DNA of 48,135 nucleotides from Candidatus Woesearchaeota archaeon (GCA_016181305.1 JACOZN010000004.1:1-48135); one strand, 5' to 3'. Numbered from the stretch's first letter, positions 26,730 to 36,857 are shown. A program made the numbers and translations. Notes: generated from the letters alone by a model not told the origin.

Positions 26730-28205
26730 TCACCCCAAAAACCCCCTCACAAACCCAGCCCTTGCTATGTTCTCTGAAAGCTGCCTGTAGTCCCTTCTTT
26801 CAAAATCATCAAGTATTATGGAAGTTATTTTCCTGTGCTTTTCGTCAGCATCATAGTCAATCATTTTGGATGCGCTTCCGGCATTCTCGGCTATCTCCTT
26901 GGGGAATATCTTAAGATTGTCTTTATTCAGGTACTGCAGCGAGTCCCTTAAGTCATTGTCAAAATTGGCGTAAATGTCTTTTATGTAGTCTACATCATTT
27001 TCATTAAGCGCATTCAGGCCAAGAATCTCAGGAGGCAGCCCGTAGGAGTACAATGCAGCGCAGAATGTTATCGCTCTCGGCAATTTAAGCTCCCCTATGC
27101 TCCTTGAATACCCAAACAGTCCTATGTGCAGCTTTCTTTTCCTCCTTGACGGGACATAAGGAGACATGTCGTTTACAAGCTTTCCGATGAGCTTGACCTG
27201 CCTTTGATACCCTTTTGTCAGCTTTTCAATGATTGAAATGCATTTTTCCTCGTCAACGTCAACAGGCTTTGAGGGCTTTGAGTCGTTCAGAAACTTGACT
27301 GCGCCTGCAATATCCTTTATATTGTAATCGTACTTGAAAGCGGACTGCAATGTGAATGTATAAACGCTGGGGTAGCCCTGCACGCAGTTTTTCACGTTGG
27401 TTGGCTTGAAATTGCCCCTGAAAGGCGCTGAGCCGCACCCAAGAATCGGGAGTATGTCAACTGACATACTCTCCTGGAGATCCTGCAGCTTCTGGAATGA
27501 AACCTTGAGCATGAGCACAGTCGCAAGATTGCCGTAGTTAAGCGCAGGGTCGCTTCTTGCAAGCCACACCCTTTGGTAGCCCTCGACTTTCTCCTCCTTC
27601 AGGTAGCCCTCTACAATCCTGTCGGGGTTCAGTATCGTTTCCTTTGTCTCAATCAAAGGTATGATTCTCAGTGTCTCTGGCTGGAACTTGCCTATCCATT
27701 CCGCGATTGTCATGTCCTTTCCAAGCTGGCGGTGCTGCTTTCCCACAACGTGGTGCTTGTAGTACTCTGCAATCCTGGCAAGCTCCCTGTAGTCAGTAGT
27801 CATCGGCAGTGCAATCTCAAAAATGGGCGCAATGTCCTCATCGTAAAAAAGCCTTGCAGCATCAAAATTCCTCGGTATGCTTTCAAGCGTTTCAAGCAAA
27901 ATCTTTGCCTCACTTTTTTCAATGGAAGGATTTGGCACTCTCAGTGTTAGAAAAATGTCCTTTCCAAGCTTGTGCCTTGTAAAATAAGGCTCGTACTTGT
28001 TCAAAAGCTTCTTCACGACAAAATTGTCGACTTCCTTGCCTTCGCAGTCCCAAAGCTGCTCCCTTGAGTGTATGTGGGAAAAGGCGTAGAAAACCTCCTT
28101 TATCTCGTCTTCTCCGGCAAGCTCAGAGTTGTCCGAAAAAAAAGGCGCATGCACATTATCAGGGTGCTGTGTCGACATTGTCCTTGACACATTGTGATTT
28201 GCCAT
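26730..28205 (-). CDS. ppcA: Phosphoenolpyruvate carboxylase, archaeal type
   Basis: RTMSTQHPDN, WDCEGKE, RVWLARSDPALNYG, GCGSAPFRG and LPRAITF. Confidence 0.95.
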   Translation of the reverse strand: MANHNVSRTMSTQHPDNVHAPFFSDNSELAGEDEIKEVFYAFSHIHSREQLWDCEGKEVDNFVVKKLLNKYEPYFTRHKLGKDIFLTLRVPNPSIEKSEAKILLETLESIPRNFDAARLFYDEDIAPIFEIALPMTTDYRELARIAEYYKHHVVGKQHRQLGKDMTIAEWIGKFQPETLRIIPLIETKETILNPDRIVEGYLKEEKVEGYQRVWLARSDPALNYGNLATVLMLKVSFQKLQDLQESMSVDILPILGCGSAPFRGNFKPTNVKNCVQGYPSVYTFTLQSAFKYDYNIKDIAGAVKFLNDSKPSKPVDVDEEKCISIIEKLTKGYQRQVKLIGKLVNDMSPYVPSRRKRKLHIGLFGYSRSIGELKLPRAITFCAALYSYGLPPEILGLNALNENDVDYIKDIYANFDNDLRDSLQYLNKDNLKIFPKEIAENAGSASKMIDYDADEKHRKITSIILDDFERRDYRQLSENIARAGFVRGFLG

Positions 28206-28344
28206 AATTCAGGGGGTTGTGTTTCGGTTTAAATAGGTTATGAAACTAAAATTTCAGAGCCTCCGAAAATTTATAATTTTTGGTAAGTTATGGAAACAGC
28301 AAAACCATGAAGTTTATAAATAAAACATTATTTATTGTTTAATC

Positions 28345-29136
28345 ATGAAATCAATAGCCTTTATCGGGACAGGCAGGATGGCATCAGCCTTGATTAGCTG
28401 CATCCATAAAAGCAGCATTTCCAAATCAATCATTGCAAGCGACAAAAGCGATATAAACCTGGCAAGAATCAAGAAGCAGTTTAAGATAAAAACAACAGCG
28501 GACAACAAGGAAGCAGCCGGAAATTCCGATATTGTTTTCATTTGCGTAAAGCCGCAGGATATTGATGCTGTCCTGGACGAGATTAATGATGTTGTCAAAA
28601 ATCAATTGGTTGTTTCAATCGCTGCTGGAATCAGATTAAAGCACTTGGAAAATAAATTAAAAAATAAAAGAATAATCAGGGTGATGCCTAATATAAATTG
28701 CCTGGTTGGGGAAATGGCAGCAGGGTTTTCAGCAGGAAAATACGCAACAAAGGAGGACATAAAAAACGTATCAGGCATATTGAATTCCGCTGGAATTGCA
28801 TTCTTCATGAAAGAGGATTTGCTGGATGCAGTAACCGGGATAAGCGGCTCAGGTCCTGCATTTTTTGCTTATTTTATTTACGCATTTGTGAAAGCCGGAA
28901 TAAAAAACGGATTGCCGAAAGAAGTTGCCTTCAGGCTCGCATGCCAGACTGCTATTGGAACAGGAAAATTGCTGATGGAAAGCGGCATTACAACAGACGA
29001 GTTGATTGGGATGGTTGCATCAAAAAAAGGCACGACTATTGCCGGGTTAAACGCATTGAAAAGGCACAAAGTTAAAGATATTTTAACAAAAACTATAGAT
29101 GCTGCTGTAAAAAGAAGCAGGGAATTGGGGAAATGA
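28345..29136 (+). CDS. proC: Pyrroline-5-carboxylate reductase
   Basis: IAFIGTGRMA, RVMPN, TGISGSGPAF and VASKKGTT. Confidence 0.93.
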   Translation: MKSIAFIGTGRMASALISCIHKSSISKSIIASDKSDINLARIKKQFKIKTTADNKEAAGNSDIVFICVKPQDIDAVLDEINDVVKNQLVVSIAAGIRLKHLENKLKNKRIIRVMPNINCLVGEMAAGFSAGKYATKEDIKNVSGILNSAGIAFFMKEDLLDAVTGISGSGPAFFAYFIYAFVKAGIKNGLPKEVAFRLACQTAIGTGKLLMESGITTDELIGMVASKKGTTIAGLNALKRHKVKDILTKTIDAAVKRSRELGK

Positions 29137-30428
29137 ACATATTAAAACAAGCGCAAAGGGCAAAAGAAGCATCGCTTAAGCTGGCTGTACTAAACACAAA
29201 AACAAAAAATACGGCACTGATTGCAATAGCAAAAGCCCTGAAAAGAAATTCAAATGCAATTCTTCAGGCAAACAAAAAAGATGCTGAAGAAACAAAAAAA
29301 TCAGGGCTGAATGATGCCCTGATAAAAAGGCTCATGCTTGACAGGCACAAAATAAGCGAGATGACAGAAGAAGCCCGAAGCGTTGCAAGGCTCGAAGACC
29401 CTGCTGGCAGGGTTTTATCGCAGGTTGAGCTTGACAAGGGCCTGATGCTTTACCAGGTTGCATGCCCTATTGGGGTGATAGGCGCAATCTTTGAGTCACG
29501 CCCGGATGCTGTTGTGCAGATATCTGCGCTCTGCCTCAAATCAGGAAATTCAGTGATATTAAAAGGCGGCTCAGAAGCCAAAAATTCAAACAGGATTTTA
29601 GTTGAGATTATATCAAAAGCTGCTGAAAAAAACGGCATTCCAAAAGGCGCTGTCCAGTTGATTGAAACAAGGGAAGAAGTAGCTGAAATGCTGAAATTAA
29701 GCGATTATATTAGTTTAATCGTACCTCGAGGCTCCGGCAGCTTTGTAAAGTACGTGCAGGAGCATACAAAAATACCAGTTTTAGGGCATTCTGAAGGCAT
29801 ATGCCATGTTTACGTAGACAAATATGCCGATATGAAAAAGGCATTGGACATTTGCTTTGACGCAAAATGCCAGTACCCTGCTGTATGCAATGCAATGGAA
29901 ACAATGCTTGTGCACAAGGATATTGCAAAAAGGTTCCTGCCGTTGATGATAAAAAAATTCCGGCAGGCAGAAGTAGAAATAAGGGGAGATGAAAAAACAA
30001 GAAAAATTGTAAAAGGCATTAAGAAAGCTGCTGAAAAAGACTGGAAAACCGAATACAACGGCTTAATATTATCTGTAAAAGTTGTCAATGACTTAAATGA
30101 GGCAATAAATCACATTAATAGGTATGGCTCCAGGCATACAGATGCAATTGCCACGGAAAACATGAAAAATGCGGAGGAATTCATGGACAAAGTTGACTCT
30201 GCATCCGTGATGTGGAACGCCTCAACAAGGTTTGCAGACGGGTTTAGGTATGGTAAAGGCGCTGAAGTCGGCATAAGCACTGCAAAAATCCATGCAAGGG
30301 GCCCTGTCGGATTGGAAGGGCTTGTTATTTACAAGTACAAGCTTGTCGGCAAAGGGCAGGTTGTAAAAGACTATATTGGCAGGAATGCAAGGAAGTTCAG
30401 GCACAGGATAATCAAGAAATTGCTTTAA
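29133..30428 (+). CDS. proA: Gamma-glutamyl phosphate reductase
   Basis: PIGVIGAIFESRP, LKGGSEA, CNAMET, NASTRFADG and HARGPVGL. Confidence 0.95.
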   Translation: MNILKQAQRAKEASLKLAVLNTKTKNTALIAIAKALKRNSNAILQANKKDAEETKKSGLNDALIKRLMLDRHKISEMTEEARSVARLEDPAGRVLSQVELDKGLMLYQVACPIGVIGAIFESRPDAVVQISALCLKSGNSVILKGGSEAKNSNRILVEIISKAAEKNGIPKGAVQLIETREEVAEMLKLSDYISLIVPRGSGSFVKYVQEHTKIPVLGHSEGICHVYVDKYADMKKALDICFDAKCQYPAVCNAMETMLVHKDIAKRFLPLMIKKFRQAEVEIRGDEKTRKIVKGIKKAAEKDWKTEYNGLILSVKVVNDLNEAINHINRYGSRHTDAIATENMKNAEEFMDKVDSASVMWNASTRFADGFRYGKGAEVGISTAKIHARGPVGLEGLVIYKYKLVGKGQVVKDYIGRNARKFRHRIIKKLL

Positions 30429-30435
30429 TCAAAAA

Positions 30436-31218
30436 ATGCGGAACATAAAATCAGGCAAAATTGTAGTTAAAATCGGCACTAATGTAGTCACAAGCAGCAA
30501 CGGGATGCTGGACCTGAATGTGATGCAGGGCCTTGTTGAGCAGATTGCAAAGATAAAAGCAAAAGGAAAAGACGTGCTGGTTATAACAAGCGGTGCAATA
30601 GGCGCGGGAATGAAGGAGCTTGGGCTGGTCTCAAGGCCTAAGGAAGTCGTCATGCAGCAGGTATGCGCTGCGATAGGGCAGGGCATTTTGATGTCAGCGT
30701 ACCACTCATTTTTCAGCAGGTACGGCATAAAGGTAGCCCAGATACTGCTGACTTATGACGTTTTTAAGAACAGGAAAACCTACAAAAATCTCCTCAACAG
30801 CCTGAACAAGCTACTCAAGCTTGGCGTAGTTCCAATAATAAATGAGAACGACCCTATTTCAATTGATGAGATTGGGCCTTCCTTTGGCGACAATGACAGC
30901 TTGTCCGCCCTGATTGCAGGCAAAATGAAGGCTGATTTGCTCGTCATGCTGACGGATGTCGAAGGGCTTTACAACAAGGAGCCAACCCAAAAAAGCGCAG
31001 TGCTGATAAAGGAAGTTACTGATGCAGCTAAAGTAGGAAGGAAAGTAAGCAGCATGTCCAATGGGCTTGGCACAGGCGGCATTAAGACAAAGCTTATGGC
31101 AGCCAAGACGGCAACAGAGGCAGGCGCATTTGTTGTTATTGCCAACGGCAAAGCAAACAATATTCTGCTCAAGATAGTGAATAACGAGGATGCTGGAACT
31201 GTATTCTATCCAAAGTGA
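30436..31218 (+). CDS. proB: Glutamate 5-kinase without PUA domain
   Basis: VVKIGTN, TSGAIGAG, VPIINEND, GDNDSLSA and GTGGIKTKL. Confidence 0.95.
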   Translation: MRNIKSGKIVVKIGTNVVTSSNGMLDLNVMQGLVEQIAKIKAKGKDVLVITSGAIGAGMKELGLVSRPKEVVMQQVCAAIGQGILMSAYHSFFSRYGIKVAQILLTYDVFKNRKTYKNLLNSLNKLLKLGVVPIINENDPISIDEIGPSFGDNDSLSALIAGKMKADLLVMLTDVEGLYNKEPTQKSAVLIKEVTDAAKVGRKVSSMSNGLGTGGIKTKLMAAKTATEAGAFVVIANGKANNILLKIVNNEDAGTVFYPK

Positions 31219-31397
31219 GTAATAAACCATAATATTTATAAATAGTAAATATTAGTTCTAAATAAAAGTGTGTATAGTTATAAAATATTAACTAAAAAAC
31301 TAAAAAAATGTATTAATATATTAAAAAATAGAATATTAAATGATTAAAAATAATTAAATATTTGAAAATAATAAATAAATATTTATAAAAAATAAAC

Positions 31398-31916
31398 ATG
31401 CTATCCTTGTCTGATAACGAGTTCAGCGTACTCAGCTTTCTTGTTAGAAACTTCACTGAAAGGCTTACTATAAGGAACATCGCTCACCGCCTTGATTTCA
31501 GCCCTGCAGGAGTCTTCAACATCCTAAAAAAGCTTGAAAAGCAGGGCATTGTTGCCGGGCAGAAGCTTGGCACAGGCTTGTTTTATTCAATCAATTTTGA
31601 AAGCAGGATTGCATGCCATCTTGCCTCAATTGTCTTGCTCTATTCTGATGAAAAAATTGATGTTGGCATTGAAAAGCTAAAAAGTGCAAATGCCGCCATA
31701 ATCGACAAAAAGAACTTAATTCTCATAACTGACGGCATGACAGTGCTGGATGTTTCCATTGACGGCGTGAATATAATCACAAAAACAGAGGATGAAATTA
31801 CCGATTTGCTGAGGAAGAAAGATGCGCAAATGCTCCAGATTTTGAAGAACGGCGTTGTTTTGTTTGGAGAGGAAAAGGTTGTTGCAATAATAAAAAAATG
31901 CGTTTCAGGGTTTTAA
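31398..31916 (+). CDS. wHTH-domain protein, putative regulator
   Basis: LTIRNIAHRL...GVFNILKKLEKQGIV wHTH. The C-terminal part may be a degenerate nucleotidyltransferase fold. Confidence 0.65.
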   Translation: MLSLSDNEFSVLSFLVRNFTERLTIRNIAHRLDFSPAGVFNILKKLEKQGIVAGQKLGTGLFYSINFESRIACHLASIVLLYSDEKIDVGIEKLKSANAAIIDKKNLILITDGMTVLDVSIDGVNIITKTEDEITDLLRKKDAQMLQILKNGVVLFGEEKVVAIIKKCVSGF

Positions 31917-31919
31917 AAA

Positions 31920-33620
31920 ATGAAATCGTTAAATAAAAAAATAATAAATGCATCAATTTTGCTGATTGCATTAATAGTATTATTTTCAACCATCACTTAC
32001 GCAAAGCCCTTCACAGATGTCTTAAGGGACAGCCTGACAAGGATAAATGACTTCTTTGCGCAGGAAAACTACAAGCCCTATGCAAAAACCATTGACTTTT
32101 TCATATTCTCCATAATATTTATATCAATCTATCTCATTGGAGTGAGGTATGCTTTCAAGGAAGTTAAGAGACCCGAGCAGGCTGTTGCAATTGTGCTGGG
32201 GTTTACAACTGCATTTTTGTTTGTGCTAAGGGATTATTCAATAACATCTCTGCTGCCTTACATGCAGTACCTCTTGTACGCATTTATCTTTGTAATGTGG
32301 ATGCTTGTGCTAAAGGGCATCAAAAGCAAATTCTGGAGATTTGTGCTTGCATTGCTGCTGACATTGCTGACTATAGGTTTAGTCCAGTGGCTATACGGCT
32401 TATTGTCGCCGCCTGAAATCGGAGCGCAAATAACCCAACCAGCATTTTTAGGCGGATTGTCCAAGTCAGCAGGAGACTTTTTTAAATCATTTGGCGACAG
32501 TTTCAAGGGCATGGACTTCCAGCCCCCTGAAGTTCCTTCATCAGTAAAAATGCTTGGCGAAGGCCCCCCTGTTGTTGGACCGACTCCTGCGACAGGTGCG
32601 CCTTCAACTTCAACACCTGCTCCGGCGACAACTGCTGAAGAGCAAAAAAGGCAGGCTGCGGAAGCGGCTACTAGGCAAAAAGCTGAGGCTGAGGCAGCGG
32701 CAAAGAAGGCTGCGGCAGAAGCAGCAGGAGCTGTAGGAGGAGCCAGCTTTTACAAGCCATGGACATGGGGCAGTTCAGACACTTCATGGTATAATGCATG
32801 GTATATATGGACATTAATCGGTCTTTTGCCTTTTATTTTAACTAATAGAAATATCGGTGGCAGAATTAATACAAAACTTGGAATGTGGGGTGCTATAGGT
32901 CTAAGCGCTGAAGCAGGACTGGAAACTTCTATCATGATTGACCAAATAAATAAAACAATTAAAGAAAAAGAGGAAAGAATGGATTATATCAGGAATACGC
33001 ATGAGCTAAAAAGCAAGTTAATAACACTTGGCGAAAACAAAGAAAAACTTCTTGAGCAGCTTGAAAAAGCAAGTAGCGCAAACCTTTGGACAAATGAAGG
33101 AAGGAAGCTAATAAAAAAAGAGCACCCAATTTTAAACGAGCTCCTTGCAACAGAAGAAACATTAAGGTATCAGTTAAAGGCATTGATGGTTACTGAAGAC
33201 AGCTTCCTGAGCAGATTGGACGGATGGAAATCTGCAGCACCGCAGCAATATACTGAGTATCTTAAAAAACTGGTTGAAAACATCAGGAAAACTATTTCAG
33301 TTTATGGCAATTTAGAGAAAGGCGACGAAGATTCAACAAAAGAACTCGAGCAATTAATGAAAGAAGGCAAAATCGAAGAGCTTGTTCATGGAAAATTCAA
33401 GAATGTTAAAGGGGACTGGAACAAGCTGCAACAGTACAATGAATACGAGCAAAAGATAATCCGGTCATTGGAAGGAAAAATCAAAAGGCAAATTGTTGTT
33501 TTGCAGGCTTTGGAAGGGAGGGTTATCGCACCTAAAACAGGCAATAAACAAAAGGCTCAAGAAAAAAATGGAAAGCCCCAACCGGGTGAAGAACATCCAA
33601 AATATGAAAGAGCTGCTTGA
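31920..33620 (+). CDS. Membrane protein with signal peptide, TM hairpins, P/A/T- and A/E/K-rich linker and coiled-coil tail
   Basis: Architecture read directly from the translation. Confidence 0.7.
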   Translation: MKSLNKKIINASILLIALIVLFSTITYAKPFTDVLRDSLTRINDFFAQENYKPYAKTIDFFIFSIIFISIYLIGVRYAFKEVKRPEQAVAIVLGFTTAFLFVLRDYSITSLLPYMQYLLYAFIFVMWMLVLKGIKSKFWRFVLALLLTLLTIGLVQWLYGLLSPPEIGAQITQPAFLGGLSKSAGDFFKSFGDSFKGMDFQPPEVPSSVKMLGEGPPVVGPTPATGAPSTSTPAPATTAEEQKRQAAEAATRQKAEAEAAAKKAAAEAAGAVGGASFYKPWTWGSSDTSWYNAWYIWTLIGLLPFILTNRNIGGRINTKLGMWGAIGLSAEAGLETSIMIDQINKTIKEKEERMDYIRNTHELKSKLITLGENKEKLLEQLEKASSANLWTNEGRKLIKKEHPILNELLATEETLRYQLKALMVTEDSFLSRLDGWKSAAPQQYTEYLKKLVENIRKTISVYGNLEKGDEDSTKELEQLMKEGKIEELVHGKFKNVKGDWNKLQQYNEYEQKIIRSLEGKIKRQIVVLQALEGRVIAPKTGNKQKAQEKNGKPQPGEEHPKYERAA

Positions 33621-34438
33621 AAATGCTTGAACAAATACTAGGGCTTTTATTGGGGATTGTAATAGGTTTTATAATGGTTTATAAAAATAAGGGCAGGACA
33701 TCTACAACAGCAGGAGGAGCGACTGGTGGAACAGGAACGTCAGGAACTGGTGGCCCAACTGGCGGGACAGCAACTGGAGATGCAGGCGAAGCAGAACGAC
33801 AAAGGCGAGAGGAGGAAAGACAAAGGCAAGATAGGCAAAGACAAGAAGAAGAAGCGAGGAGGCAAAGAGAAGAACGACAAAGGCAGGAAGAAGAAAGATT
33901 AAGACAAGAGGAAGAAAGAAGACGAAGAGGGACTGGAAGAAGAGGTACACGAACAGGAGATTTTAGCGCCAAATTCAAAGAAAAACCTCCTGATGAGCAC
34001 AGGCAAAATGTTGAGCAATGGGAGAATATCAAACGCTCCTACCAATCTGGAAGAACAAACCTATTCAGAATGTTGATAGATGTAAAAAATACTACATGGA
34101 GCAACGGATGGGAACCTGATGTTAAATTGGTCAAAGATGTTACAAACTTCATTGTAGAGGAATTTACCAGACATCCAGAATTGCTTAGTAATAGCATAGA
34201 GTTAGGTAAAATTCGGAGAGGAATTATTTTTATATTTCATCCTGATAGGGTAGGGAAAAGAGAAGAAGAAGGGAGAACCGCAGAAAATCATATAATAAAT
34301 AAGCTTTATACAGATATTATAAAATCATTTAATGTGTTTTTCGATTCTTTGGAGGATAGTTTGAAAAAAAGGTATCACATCAATTACTCCATCAGCTTAG
34401 GAAAGTTAAAGCACGATATTGACAAATGTTTTAAATAA
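33617..34438 (+). CDS. Single-TM protein with G/T linker, E/R-rich helix and HPD-containing J-like C-terminal domain
   Basis: N-terminal TM, RQEEE repeats and KIRRGIIFIFHPDRVG. Confidence 0.65.
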   Translation: MKMLEQILGLLLGIVIGFIMVYKNKGRTSTTAGGATGGTGTSGTGGPTGGTATGDAGEAERQRREEERQRQDRQRQEEEARRQREERQRQEEERLRQEEERRRRGTGRRGTRTGDFSAKFKEKPPDEHRQNVEQWENIKRSYQSGRTNLFRMLIDVKNTTWSNGWEPDVKLVKDVTNFIVEEFTRHPELLSNSIELGKIRRGIIFIFHPDRVGKREEEGRTAENHIINKLYTDIIKSFNVFFDSLEDSLKKRYHINYSISLGKLKHDIDKCFK

Positions 34439-34599
34439 GAAAATTTAATGACACAAATACTGAATGAAAATCTAATTTAGATTTAAAATAAGTTAATTTG
34501 TTATACAGCCGCAATTCAGCCTTTTTAAGCCTAAATTATAGAAAACTTTAAATAATAGTTCTTTTATATCATTTATTATTAGTAAATTAAGTGATGTAA

Positions 34600-35226
34600 A
34601 TGGATATGCAAAATATCATCAAAAAGCTTGAAGGGCTGCAGACAGTTGACAGCATAGCAGTAAGCCTTGGGATAGCCAGAAGAACCGCTGTTAACTATGT
34701 ATGGGCGCTTAGAAAAGGGGGCTTTGTAGAGACTATTTATGGAAAAAGGAAGATTAGGATGTACAGAATATCCCCTATCAAAGCGCCTAAATTCGGCTAT
34801 CCCGGGCTTTATGAATTCCTGAACCAAAATTCAAAAATAAAGGTTTACCCGCCTTATGTGGAAAGAATCTATGACCACAAGCCAACTGCCGAGGAAATGA
34901 TTTTAAAAGCCATTAAAACAGGCAATTTAAGGACAATACTCTCCTCATTGGCTTTATTCAACAAAGTTAAGGATTGGACAAAACTCAGCCAAATTGCAAG
35001 AAATGAGAATATTGGCAGAAAAATAGGGGCATTATATGATGCTGCAAGAACAATAATTCGGGTAAGAAGGATGGACAAAAAGACAAGAAAAGCATTGCTA
35101 AGAAGCAAAATAGATGACAAGTTTATTGTGAAACATGCACGAACAAAAGATTTGAACCAGATAGAAAAAGAGTGGAAGATTTACCTCCCTTTTAATAAGG
35201 CAGACTTGGAGGCTTATAAAGAATGA
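34600..35226 (+). CDS. HTH protein, putative antitoxin of an AbiE-like pair
   Basis: N-terminal HTH (TVDSIAVSLGIARRTAVNYVWALRKGG). Its stop overlaps the nucleotidyltransferase start. Confidence 0.55.
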   Translation: MDMQNIIKKLEGLQTVDSIAVSLGIARRTAVNYVWALRKGGFVETIYGKRKIRMYRISPIKAPKFGYPGLYEFLNQNSKIKVYPPYVERIYDHKPTAEEMILKAIKTGNLRTILSSLALFNKVKDWTKLSQIARNENIGRKIGALYDAARTIIRVRRMDKKTRKALLRSKIDDKFIVKHARTKDLNQIEKEWKIYLPFNKADLEAYKE

Positions 35227-35918
35227 TTAATTTAGAGGAACAGATAAGCTTGTTTAAGATTATAGGAAGCCAACTTAAGACGAAAGTAGAGTGCATTGCA
35301 ATAGGCGGCTCTGCAATGATGTTTTATGGGGTTAAATCTACAACAAGAGATGTTGACTTGGTTTTCTTAAAAATAGAATATGTGGAGGCTGTCAAAAAAA
35401 TTCTTTTCGATTCCGGATTTGATGAAAGGAAAAATATAAGAGGCATATTTAGGGAAGATGAAGAAGCGGGAAAGCCTGTGATGATGGACGGAACTGAAAC
35501 AAGATTTGACCTTTTTTTAAATGAGGTGATAGGCTTCAGAATCCATGGAAAAATCCTTGAAAGGGTGCTGGAATTGCATGAATTTGGCAATCTTATAGTA
35601 AAAACAGCAAGCCCAGAAGACATTTTAATGATGAAAGCCTGCACAGAGAGGGACAAAGACAGGGATGATGCAGCAGAAATTATGAGGAAGTTTAATATCA
35701 ACTGGGGTATTGTTTTAGGAGAAACTTCAAATCAGACAAAGATTGGGATTGCTGCTTTCCCCATATTGATTTATGACTTTCTCACAGAATTAAAAGACAA
35801 CTATAAGATTGATGTTCCAAAAAATGTAATAAAAGATTTGTTGAAAATTGCAGAAGAAAGGCTAAAAGAGCTTAAGAAAAAAGACAAGTTAATTAGAGTC
35901 ACCAAATTCAAAAACTAA
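35223..35918 (+). CDS. Pol-beta-like nucleotidyltransferase (DUF6036/AbiEii-like)
   Basis: IGGSAM...TRDVDLV, and SPEDILMMK...RDKDRDD. Confidence 0.72.
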   Translation: MINLEEQISLFKIIGSQLKTKVECIAIGGSAMMFYGVKSTTRDVDLVFLKIEYVEAVKKILFDSGFDERKNIRGIFREDEEAGKPVMMDGTETRFDLFLNEVIGFRIHGKILERVLELHEFGNLIVKTASPEDILMMKACTERDKDRDDAAEIMRKFNINWGIVLGETSNQTKIGIAAFPILIYDFLTELKDNYKIDVPKNVIKDLLKIAEERLKELKKKDKLIRVTKFKN

Positions 35919-35952
35919 AACCTTTATATACTTCCTAGTTTCATTTTACTGA

Positions 35953-36807
35953 ATGAAAAGGATACTACCTCCGGAAAAATCCAAAAAAACATTGCCCTTG
36001 CTTGTGAAGTCCTTCAGGCTTGCTAAATCCAGCCCGAGCAAGGTTGGCTTGATGGTTCTTTTTGATGTATTGTTCTTGATTTCAGCTTTGGCATTGAACA
36101 ACCTCTTCAGGTATGCGGCAGGAAGCATGAAAAGCCCTGCCCCAACCCCTTCATCTGTAGCTGTTTTCATTGCTTCTTCATTGGTTTATTCTTTGATAAT
36201 ATTGTTTGTTTATTCATTCTTTAAATACATCATCTTAGACTTCACAAAGTCACTGTTCGAGAAAACGGAATTCTCATTCAAAAAGCTGTGGAGATTTTAC
36301 CTGCTGAATGTGATTATTGCAGGCATTTTTTTTGTTGCAGCAATAATTTTGACTTTTATATTTGCAAATATAAAGGGGCCTTACCAGATATATTTTTTTG
36401 TGCTGCTGGCATCCCCATACTGGGCTTTGGTGGGCAACAACGTGTATGCCCTGTTTTCCATCCCCTCGCTGCTCTCGTATGCCATAGTAAATATGTCCCA
36501 TTCATTTTTTTATGAAGGTGATTCAATAAAAATTGCCCTTAAAAAAAGCTTTAAAATCACGTTCACCAGAATAAAAAGCTACAGGGGGGCAATACTGGCT
36601 GTGATTTTGTTCGCGCTCGCATTGTGGCTCTTGTTCCTTGGCAGCGGTTATTTGATAAGGATTATTGGCTCAAAAAATTATGTTTTGTACCTGAGCGCTT
36701 ATGCTTACTTCAAGCACGCCTCTATTGCCATTTTCTACATAGCCTTGTATTCCCTGATTTTATTGAACAGGATATCTTTTTACAGCATATCAAGAGAAAA
36801 CAAATAG
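35953..36807 (+). CDS. Hypothetical multi-pass membrane protein
   Basis: About 6-7 hydrophobic segments. Confidence 0.65.
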   Translation: MKRILPPEKSKKTLPLLVKSFRLAKSSPSKVGLMVLFDVLFLISALALNNLFRYAAGSMKSPAPTPSSVAVFIASSLVYSLIILFVYSFFKYIILDFTKSLFEKTEFSFKKLWRFYLLNVIIAGIFFVAAIILTFIFANIKGPYQIYFFVLLASPYWALVGNNVYALFSIPSLLSYAIVNMSHSFFYEGDSIKIALKKSFKITFTRIKSYRGAILAVILFALALWLLFLGSGYLIRIIGSKNYVLYLSAYAYFKHASIAIFYIALYSLILLNRISFYSISRENK

Positions 36808-36857
36808 CGCTTCAAAACTCCAATAAATTTAAATAACTTCTTTAAATCCATAATTCC

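Noticed and set aside
24930-33620. Two proteins both ending in ...RAA-stop
   Set aside because: Three residues only, constrained by overlaps with the next gene. Likely coincidence.
33780-33935. Purine-rich repeats as a CRISPR or satellite array
   Set aside because: Imperfect codon-level repeats encoding an E/R/Q helix, with no repeat-spacer structure.
34468-34484. Palindrome AAATCTAA-T-TTAGATTT upstream of the HTH/NTase pair
   Set aside because: Very AT-rich context and more than 100 bp from the start codon, so chance occurrence cannot be excluded.
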